A stretch of DNA of 64,000 nucleotides from an uncultured Methanomassiliicoccales archaeon (GTDB lineage: Archaea > Thermoplasmatota > Thermoplasmata > Methanomassiliicoccales > Methanomethylophilaceae): the NCBI GenBank assembly GCA_949292635.1, contig CASEZY010000001.1, positions 222,434 through 286,433 on the forward strand. The letters are read 5' to 3'. Shown piece by piece: positions 56,631 to 64,000 of this stretch (position 1 is the stretch's first letter; each line of letters opens with the position of its first letter). Under the pieces are notes generated by a model that saw only the letters and a program-made list of their open reading frames with translations, made no database searches and was not told the origin of the DNA. The translations under genes were made by a program, and so were the position numbers.

Positions 56631-58645
56631 TGAAGCCGGACAGCGCGATCGAACTGCATGACGTCAGCAAATCCTTCAGGATACAGATCAGGAACTCAGA
56701 TTCGGAGAAGCTGTTCTTGCCGAAGGCACATTCCGTCAACAAGGTGCTGGATGACGTGAGTCTGACTGTGAAGAAGGGTACCGTGATGGGGATCCTTGGA
56801 CGCAACGGCAGCGGGAAGAGCACCATCCTGAAGATCATCTCCAGGATCATGGAGCCGGACTCCGGTACTGTGGAGATTGGCGGGAAGCTCGCCAGCATAT
56901 TGGAACTGGGGATGGGGTTCCACCCGGATATGTCCGGCAGGGAGAACATCTACATCAAAGGCGAAATGTACGGGTTCTCCCGGAAGCAGATCGAGGAGAG
57001 GATTGACCAGATCATCGAATACTCTGGGATAGACAGGTACATCGACAATCCTGTGAAGACGTACTCCTCAGGAATGGTGGGCAGACTTGCGTTCGCCATT
57101 ATGGTGAATGTGGATGCCGATGTGTTGCTGGTTGACGAGATCCTCAGCGTGGGAGATGCCGCGTTCTCCGCCAAGGCCGCCGAACATTTCAAGAAGATGG
57201 CCAAGAGCGGGAAGACCGTGCTGTTCGTATCTCACAACATAAACTTCCTAGAACAGATCTGCTCGCGTGCCATTTGGATTGAGAACGGGAAGATCGTCGA
57301 GGACGGCCCCGCCAAGAAGGTGTGCTCGATCTACCGCAACCGTGTTTCCGAATCCTTCGACATAATATCTGATCTGGCACATTCCGGAGTGGCCGATGCC
57401 CAATATAAACTTGCCATGATGTACCACAACGGCACGGATGTGCTTCCGGACGAGGGTCTTAGCGCTTTGTGGATGAAAAGGGCTGCAGAGCAGGGGAACA
57501 CACTGGCACAAGTGCGGTATGCAGACATGCTGATGCAAACTGGCTCATTTTCTGATGCTGAAGATGCCATCAACTTCTACAAATCTGCGGCTAATGCCGG
57601 GAATGAAGAGGCCCGGATGAAAATTTCATCATTGTCAAGGCACGAAGGTCTGAATCAAGACCTAGAGGCCGTGAAAGACATCTTCAGACAGTTGGCAGAG
57701 AGGGAAGATCCACTGGACATGTACCGCTATGCAGACCTTCTGCTGAAGACCGCTTGGAGTGATGAAGATCGTGTCAAGGCGTTTGAATGGTTCGTGAAGG
57801 CATCGGACGCTGGAAATGCGGATGCTATGCATTCAGCTGCTATAATGCTGCGTGACGGGAAGGGCGTGGCCAAGGATATCGAAAAATGTGTCTACTATCT
57901 TGAAATGGCTGCGAAACTGGGTCTTCAGAGATCGCAAGTATTGCTTGGTGATCTTTACTACGAAGGTAAAATCCTAGAAAAAGATGATACCAAGGCCATT
58001 CATTGGTATGAAACGGCTGCGCTTACAGGCAACCCTCGCGCACAATACATGACCGCCATCATGTATAGGGACGGACTTGGTACGGACCAGAATGTAACCA
58101 AAGCTGAAGAATGGTTCACGACTTATGTCCATTCATCAGCTACACAGCATATGATCTGGGCCGGAGACGCACTCAGATACGTAGATTTGGAGACTAAGTA
58201 TAGCCCTACTGACCTTTATAAAATGGCCTCAAAATACCATAACCTCTATGGAGACCTCATCCTGGGCAATACCTACCACGACGGAATATACGAAGTTCGT
58301 AACGATGCGACGTCACAAATGTATTATGAAAAATCTGGGAGTCTATGGGGTACGTGGAGGACATCACTGGCAAGGGTACTGATGATCACAGAGGGCCTTA
58401 ATAATATTGCTAGGATTATTGAACTTTACGAGCAGTCGGGTGCTTGTGGAGACGGAGAGGCACTATATCGCCTATCTTTAATCTACAACAATGGTTTGGG
58501 TGTTCCCAGGGACGAATTAAAGGCCAAGTCATTGGCATTAAAAGCTGCAAGATATGGAAACATTTCAGCGTGCAGAGCTATTGTTAAAAATCTTAAGAAC
58601 ATCGACATGCCTGACATTCTAAAATCGTCTAACAAAGATGAATGA
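56627..58645 (+). CDS. ABC exporter ATP-binding protein (Wzt/KpsT/TagH-like) fused to a C-terminal domain of about 11 Sel1 repeats
   Basis: GRNGSGKST, LSGGM-like signature, LLVDEIL Walker B in the first about 240 aa; then repeated Sel1 units (AQYKLAMMYHNG, GNTLAQVRYADML, GNADAMHSAAIMLRDGKGVAKD, GNPRAQYMTAIMYRDGLGTDQN ...). Confidence 0.85.
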   Translation: MMKPDSAIELHDVSKSFRIQIRNSDSEKLFLPKAHSVNKVLDDVSLTVKKGTVMGILGRNGSGKSTILKIISRIMEPDSGTVEIGGKLASILELGMGFHPDMSGRENIYIKGEMYGFSRKQIEERIDQIIEYSGIDRYIDNPVKTYSSGMVGRLAFAIMVNVDADVLLVDEILSVGDAAFSAKAAEHFKKMAKSGKTVLFVSHNINFLEQICSRAIWIENGKIVEDGPAKKVCSIYRNRVSESFDIISDLAHSGVADAQYKLAMMYHNGTDVLPDEGLSALWMKRAAEQGNTLAQVRYADMLMQTGSFSDAEDAINFYKSAANAGNEEARMKISSLSRHEGLNQDLEAVKDIFRQLAEREDPLDMYRYADLLLKTAWSDEDRVKAFEWFVKASDAGNADAMHSAAIMLRDGKGVAKDIEKCVYYLEMAAKLGLQRSQVLLGDLYYEGKILEKDDTKAIHWYETAALTGNPRAQYMTAIMYRDGLGTDQNVTKAEEWFTTYVHSSATQHMIWAGDALRYVDLETKYSPTDLYKMASKYHNLYGDLILGNTYHDGIYEVRNDATSQMYYEKSGSLWGTWRTSLARVLMITEGLNNIARIIELYEQSGACGDGEALYRLSLIYNNGLGVPRDELKAKSLALKAARYGNISACRAIVKNLKNIDMPDILKSSNKDE

Positions 58646-58648
58646 AAA

Positions 58649-59458
58649 ATGCCGGACCAGGGGGAAAAGAGTATGGATAAGATGATATTGATTGCCGGAC
58701 CGTGTGTCATTGAATCCCAGCAATGTCTAGAAACGGTCGCCCCTCACATCGCAGACATCTGCGATGATCTAAACATCGACTATTTCTTTAAATCATCATT
58801 CGACAAAGCAAATCGCACATCAGTAAGTTCTTTTCGCGGACCCGGTATGGAAAAGGGCATCGAAATGCTTCAAAAAATCAAAGATGAATTCGGTGTGAAA
58901 ATAACCACAGATATACACGAGCCGAACCAGGCGGCCCCTGTAGCAAAGGTTGCAGATATGATTCAAATCCCAGCATTCCTCTGCAGGCAAACCGACCTTC
59001 TAATTGCTGCTGGCCAAACTAATCGCATCATCAATGTGAAAAAAGGCCAATTCATGGCACCGTGGGATATGAAAAACGTGATTGGTAAACTCGAATCCAC
59101 TGGAAACAAAAAAATTATGCTCTGTGAGCGTGGCACATCATTCGGGTATAATCGCCTTGTAGTAGATATGGCTGGGATATATGAGATGAAAAAACTAGGA
59201 TATCCCATAGTTTTCGATGCCACCCACTCTGTTCAGCAGCCTGGCGGAGGAAACGGGTTCACCACAGGTAACAGAGAATACATACCCACCCTCACCAGAG
59301 CTGCCATCGCAGCGGGAGCAGAACACTTATTCATGGAAGTTCACCCTGATCCTTCCAAAGCATTGTCTGATGGACCCAATTCTCTTGAACTCTCCGAGGT
59401 CCGCAACCTGTTAGAAAAAGTCGTAGAAATCAGAAATGTTATTGGTGACTCAGCATGA
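58649..59458 (+). CDS. kdsA: 3-deoxy-8-phosphooctulonate (Kdo-8-P) synthase
   Basis: LIAGPCVIES N-terminus, KSSFDKANRTS, and the C-terminal-region motif EVHPDP; about 265 aa DAHP/KDO8P synthase family. Confidence 0.85.
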   Translation: MPDQGEKSMDKMILIAGPCVIESQQCLETVAPHIADICDDLNIDYFFKSSFDKANRTSVSSFRGPGMEKGIEMLQKIKDEFGVKITTDIHEPNQAAPVAKVADMIQIPAFLCRQTDLLIAAGQTNRIINVKKGQFMAPWDMKNVIGKLESTGNKKIMLCERGTSFGYNRLVVDMAGIYEMKKLGYPIVFDATHSVQQPGGGNGFTTGNREYIPTLTRAAIAAGAEHLFMEVHPDPSKALSDGPNSLELSEVRNLLEKVVEIRNVIGDSA

Positions 59459-60426
59459 ACGACAACTATCTGGACTCCGCTCAATATGTTTTTGATAAGG
59501 AGATAGAGGGCTTACTTTCGCTCAAAAACAACCTCGGGGAGTCATTCAACAGGTTCGTAGACGAAATTGATTCTTGCAAAGGCCACATCATATTCATGGG
59601 TGTAGGAAAAAGCGGCCATATCTGCCAGAAAATAGTTGCTACAATGCAAAGCCTAGGCATAAAAACATTCTTCCTGCATCCGACGGAAAGTTTACACGGG
59701 GACCTCGGATCAATTTCCAAAGAGGACATTGTTATCGGCGTGAGTAATAGCGGCGAAACCTCTGAGCTCCTTGGAACAATACCTTCCATCAGGATAATAG
59801 GTGCCAGACTTTTTTGCATAGTTGGGAGGGAAAACTGCACACTCAGTAGAAGTTCTGAGATAACTCTGCTGATGCCCAACATGAAGGAAGTGTTTCTAGA
59901 CAACATGGTCCCAACTACATCCACTACTGCAACACTGGTATTGGGTGATGCTTTAGCAGTATGCATAGCTGAAAAACGCGGGTTTACTAAAAGTGAATTT
60001 GGAATCTATCATCCCAACGGGGCATTGGGGAAAAGACTTACGATTAAAGTCTCAGACATCATGTCTAAGGACATCCAAAACACAACGGTTCCATGCGGTT
60101 CAACCATAAGAGAAGCTGTTGTGACCATGTGTGGATCGTCCATGGGCGGAATATGCGTCGTCAAAGACGGTCAACTTCAAGGTGTATTCACAGACGGGGA
60201 TCTGCGCAGACATCTCAATAAGTACGGAGATGAGGCCCTCGAATATGTTATTGACGATGTGATGACCAAAAAATGTACGACCTTGGATTATGACACGCTG
60301 GCATACGATGCGATAGAACAGGTTGTTACCAAAAGTGCCGTATCGTTCTATCCCGTTCTAAAAGATGGGGAATATGCCGGCGCCATTAGAACGCTGGACT
60401 TTGTCCATTCAGGACTGATGAAATGA
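59455..60426 (+). CDS. kdsD: Arabinose-5-phosphate isomerase (SIS plus tandem CBS)
   Basis: SIS motif FMGVGKSGHI...GVSNSGET plus C-terminal CBS pair; 4-nt overlap with kdsA. Confidence 0.85.
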   Translation: MNDNYLDSAQYVFDKEIEGLLSLKNNLGESFNRFVDEIDSCKGHIIFMGVGKSGHICQKIVATMQSLGIKTFFLHPTESLHGDLGSISKEDIVIGVSNSGETSELLGTIPSIRIIGARLFCIVGRENCTLSRSSEITLLMPNMKEVFLDNMVPTTSTTATLVLGDALAVCIAEKRGFTKSEFGIYHPNGALGKRLTIKVSDIMSKDIQNTTVPCGSTIREAVVTMCGSSMGGICVVKDGQLQGVFTDGDLRRHLNKYGDEALEYVIDDVMTKKCTTLDYDTLAYDAIEQVVTKSAVSFYPVLKDGEYAGAIRTLDFVHSGLMK

Positions 60427-60896
60427 TCAAAAAACTGATTATGGATGTAGACGGCACAATGACTGATGGCAGAATCAACATAGCCCCATCAGGAGAGTTG
60501 TTCAAATCGTTCGATGTCAAGGACGGTTATGGAATAAAGATGCTCATTAACGCTGGAGTAGAACCAATAATAATCACGGGTAGACGCTCAGATATCGTAT
60601 CTCTGCGTGCGAAAGAACTGGAGATCTCAAGTGTATATCAAGGGATATCGGATAAAGCCGAATGCCTACAAAACATAATGGAAAAAGAAGCCTTATCTCC
60701 GGATACTGTGGCATACATAGGGGATGATATAAACGATTTGGAAGCTATGAAACTGGTAAGACACACATTTGCACCGGCGGACGCTTCAGAGGATGTGCTG
60801 AACTATGTCAATCAACGCCTAAACAGCACCGGTGGACACGGGGCGATAAGAGAGTGTGCAGAAGTGATTCTAAAAAAGAATCAGGAGACGGTATGA
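60423..60896 (+). CDS. kdsC: Kdo-8-phosphate phosphatase (HAD family)
   Basis: HAD motif I MDVDGTMTDG and GDDINDL; about 157 aa, typical KdsC size. Confidence 0.8.
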   Translation: MIKKLIMDVDGTMTDGRINIAPSGELFKSFDVKDGYGIKMLINAGVEPIIITGRRSDIVSLRAKELEISSVYQGISDKAECLQNIMEKEALSPDTVAYIGDDINDLEAMKLVRHTFAPADASEDVLNYVNQRLNSTGGHGAIRECAEVILKKNQETV

Positions 60897-61672
60897 TGAA
60901 GATAATTGGTGTGATTCCTTCAAGATACGCATCGTCCAGATTTCCTGGCAAACCGCTGTCAGACATTTGTGGAAAACCTATGGTTTGGTGGGTCTACAAC
61001 CAGGCAAAATGTGTGAAAGAGCTGGACGAAGTGATTGTTGCTACAGAGGACGAGCGTATCACGGACGTTTGTGAAAAGTATGGGATTCCATCAATTATGA
61101 CGTCTGATAAACACAAAAATGGCACAGAGCGCCTTGCCGAAGTAGCGGCCAAAATAGAGGCGGATCTGTACGTCACGATACAAGGCGATGAACCTCTCAC
61201 ACAACCTAGCGACATCTCCAAATTGATTCGTTTCGCTTTATCAACAGATGCGCCCTGTGCAACTATGAAAACCGCATACAGGAATCCTGTGGATGTCATC
61301 AACTCAACAACGCCAAAAGTTGTCTCTGATTTGGATGACAATATTTTATTATTTACGAGATCGCCAGTGCCATATCCTAAAGCAGATCTGGATTACATCA
61401 TCTGGAAACCTATTGGAATATACATTTTCAAAAGAGATATTTTGCTGAAGTACCCTCAATTAAGGATGGGGCCGCTGGAAAGAGCTGAAGAAATTGAACT
61501 TCTTCGCTTCATTGAAAATGGATACAAGATAAAGGTGATTGAAACCGAGTCAAGTACAATTGCAGTAGATACTGAGAAAGATCTCAAAAAAGTAATTAAT
61601 ATGGCCAAAAACCTCTGTGATGATGACCCAGAATCCTATTTCATACATAACTTTAACAGAGGTGTCTGCTAA
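60893..61672 (+). CDS. kdsB: 3-deoxy-manno-octulosonate cytidylyltransferase (CMP-Kdo synthetase)
   Basis: Start MMKIIGVIPSRYASSRFPGKPL, QGDEPL motif; overlaps the kdsC stop. Confidence 0.85.
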   Translation: MMKIIGVIPSRYASSRFPGKPLSDICGKPMVWWVYNQAKCVKELDEVIVATEDERITDVCEKYGIPSIMTSDKHKNGTERLAEVAAKIEADLYVTIQGDEPLTQPSDISKLIRFALSTDAPCATMKTAYRNPVDVINSTTPKVVSDLDDNILLFTRSPVPYPKADLDYIIWKPIGIYIFKRDILLKYPQLRMGPLERAEEIELLRFIENGYKIKVIETESSTIAVDTEKDLKKVINMAKNLCDDDPESYFIHNFNRGVC

Positions 61673-61977
61673 GATAATTGAGGACACTATTTGATAATTG
61701 CCGGACCCCGCTACACGGGACTCCACAATTATCCCCACTTTTTTCTCGAGAACACTGATCCACACAGTCGGAACCTCCGAGAACTAGCCGTAGTAGCCCA
61801 AATTGCCTCATTTGTAGGGTTGAAATTGGACATGGCGACCTTCACACTCATCCTTTTTACCTGAAACTTCGGATTGTGTAGGTTGCAAAGCCTGATTTCC
61901 GTTTTTGATTTATATATTGTATTTAAAGAGTTTAAAAAGCACAATCCTTTAATATGTAACCGTGCATATAGGTTACA

Positions 61978-63657
61978 ATGGGAAGCATATACTATGTCGA
62001 GCGGAACGGGCAGAAGTATGCCTACGAGAGCGTATCCAGACGTGTGCCGGGGAAGAAGAATCCGGTCACCGAAAAGACGTATCTCGGCAAGGTGGATCCA
62101 GAGACCGGCAAGATAATTCCCAAGGAATCCAAGAAGGTCCCGACAGAGGAACATGTCCGCAAGTATGGATGTGTGACGGTCCTCGACAGGATCCAGAACG
62201 ATCTGGGCATATTGGACGACCTCCGCGAATGCTTCCCGGATGTCGCGGAGAACATCATGGCCACGGCAATGGCCGTGGCCATCGACCCCACACCGTTCGA
62301 CGATGTCCATTTCACCGTGGATGAGAACGGATTGAAGGACAGGCTGCGGCTCCGCGGCAGCCTGTCCCCTCCCGTGCTGTCCGACCTGACCAAGGACCTC
62401 GGCCAGAGGTTCTCGGCAATGGACACCTTCTTCACACGTCGTGCCGAGAGGACGATGAAGGGTGGCACCTACGCGATCGACATAACATCCAATTCCACCT
62501 ATTCGGATATGGGCGGATATGCGGAATGGGGCTACAACCGCGACGGCGAGAACCTTCCCCAGACCGGGATCGTCCTCGTAACCGACGGTTCGGGCATACC
62601 GATCGCGTTCCAGATGCTGCCTGGATCGATCGCGGACTCGGCATCGTTGCAGAGTACTGTGGAATGGATGGGATCCATAGGCGTCGCAGGCAGACTGGTG
62701 GCGGACCGCGGGTTCGAGAACGCGGGGAACATGGCCGCGCTGCTGGACCGCGGGATACCATTCACCATCCCGTCCAACGCACGTGAGATGCCGATAAAGA
62801 AGCTCATGACGAAGGCGAAGAGGATCATGAAGGACTCGGACTCCATCCGCAGGCACGAAGGGAGGACGTACAGGGTGGCCGAGTTCGAGGTCGGCATCGC
62901 CGACCTCGAGAGCGGCCACCGCTACGTCACGAGATTGGACGCCAACGAGAAGGGTGCAGGATCCGAGAACGAGCTGTTCGAAACATCCCGCAAGATCAAG
63001 GCGTTCGTCGTCCATGATTCCCGCAAGGCGGCCGATGACATGGATTCCCTGATGTCGGCCATCGAAAGGGCCGAACTCGAACTGGAGGGCACGGTCAGGA
63101 AGGATCCGGCCAAGGAATTCAACAAACTGCCGGCGTTCGTCCGTTCCCATCTGGATTGGACGGTGGATGAGGATGGTGCGATGCACATCGAGAGGCTCCA
63201 GAACTCGTTCTCGTTCGATTCGAACAGGGCAGGGATGTTCATCATGTTCGCCTCGATGGACACGGACTGGGAGACGATGATGTCGTCATACGACACAAGG
63301 GACTGGGTCGAGAAGGCCTTCGACGTCTACAAGACGGACACGGACGGGCCCCGGTCTAGGACCGGGGACCCCGACCGTGCCCGTGCGAGGTTCTTCATCA
63401 GGATGCTGGCACTGATCATGCGCATCACGATTCAGAACAGACTGAGGGATCACGAGAGGGAGATACTGGCGTCGAAGAGGGAGAGGGACGACGTCTGCGG
63501 ACTGTCTGTCAACTCCGTGATGAGGACCCTCGGGACGCTGATGGTGATCGTGAGTCCGGGCTATGTGAGGCTCACGCCACCCTCCAAGACGGTGATGGAG
63601 ATCTTCTCCCTGTTCGGGCTCGAAGAGCCCGTGGCGGGGAGGATCGCCTTACCATGA
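61978..63657 (+). mobile_element. IS1634-family transposase gene (DDE)
   Basis: N-terminal YYVERNGQKYAYESVSRR motif and VADRGFENAGN DDE region typical of IS1634/ISH-like transposases; 559 aa; native-like GC. Terminal inverted repeats not confidently identified. Confidence 0.75.
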
Positions 63658-63798
63658 TGTAGCCATACAAATCTGAAGATTCAGGTTCCAAATATTGATA
63701 TTGGCTTATGCGTCAAACTCAAATTACAACATATTGATGAATCGGGGAATCATTGAACAAATGCTTGTAGTTAGGCGGTTTGTAGGCACCCCCCGCCA

Positions 63799-64000
63799 TT
63801 AGTCCAGTATTACCAACGCCTCATTCAAACTTTCCGGCGTATCGATTTCCCAAAGAATAAGAATCAATTCAGTCCTTGCCCACGAAAGGTTTTGATTGAC
63901 CGCCTTGCGCATCCATTCGGCAGCCTTATTCAGATCCCTCTCAACACCTTTGCCGTCACGGTATGCACGACCCAGTCTGGCCTGCATCTCCCGATCATTT
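63799..64000 (-). CDS. Sel1-repeat protein, C-terminal part (gene continues beyond window end)
   Basis: Sel1 consensus LGRAYRDGKGVERDLNKAAEWMRKA; the reading frame is open to the window edge. Confidence 0.55.
   Translation of the reverse strand, partial: NDREMQARLGRAYRDGKGVERDLNKAAEWMRKAVNQNLSWARTELILILWEIDTPESLNEALVILD

Noticed and set aside
61729-63186. 485-aa minus-strand ORF over the transposase region
   Set aside because: Antisense to the IS1634 transposase ORF, which has recognisable N-terminal and DDE motifs. The minus ORF has Arg/His/Gly-rich low complexity.
61810-63790. Short tttgtagg words on both sides of the transposase gene as possible IS termini
   Set aside because: They are in direct, not inverted, orientation and too short to be significant without other IS copies to compare.
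1-64000. CRISPR arrays
   Set aside because: No series of regularly spaced direct repeats was seen anywhere in the window. The only low-complexity repeat is the CT tract at 48733-48767.

Overview
High-GC (roughly 60% by eye) archaeal chromosome segment, compactly coded on both strands. Archaeal hallmarks include PAN, aIF2-gamma, aIF5B, L7Ae/S28e/L24e, RpoK, RPA, aMBF1, PurP, pantoate kinase and RbkR-type riboflavin kinase. A DUF1638 protein and the overall gene content suggest a Thermoplasmata/Methanomassiliicoccales-like euryarchaeon, but taxonomy cannot be settled from the sequence alone. The backbone is housekeeping: purine biosynthesis (purP, purQ-purL-purS, prs), translation (rps2, rps6e, eIF2g, infB, proS, trmI), CoA biosynthesis (pantoate kinase-coaBC), replication (RPA, RPA-associated protein, HerA-like ATPase, tmk) and one tRNA-Lys(CUU). 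Three accessory insertions stand out by composition and gene content. (1) About 55.5-62.0 kb: a visibly AT-rich island with a Wzm/Wzt-type ABC exporter and a complete CMP-Kdo pathway (kdsA-kdsD-kdsC-kdsB), bordered by an IS1634-family transposase; the Wzt ATPase carries a long C-terminal Sel1-repeat domain. (2) 48.6-50.7 kb: an AT-rich two-gene AAA_21-ATPase plus RloB-like (AbiL-like) defence module wedged beside the conserved rpl7ae-rps28e-rpl24e-ndk-infB cluster. (3) 32.8-36.1 kb, next to tRNA-Lys: a Fic protein and a second AAA_21-like ATPase interrupted by a single in-frame TGA, flanked by AT-rich spacers. Scattered surface-glycosylation genes (GT2, GT4, NTP-transferase, GT-C-like membrane protein), two paralogous PGI/PMI genes and an SPFH/zinc-ribbon plus membrane-protein pair are also present. 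Many long antisense ORFs in the six-frame track are GC-driven artefacts.
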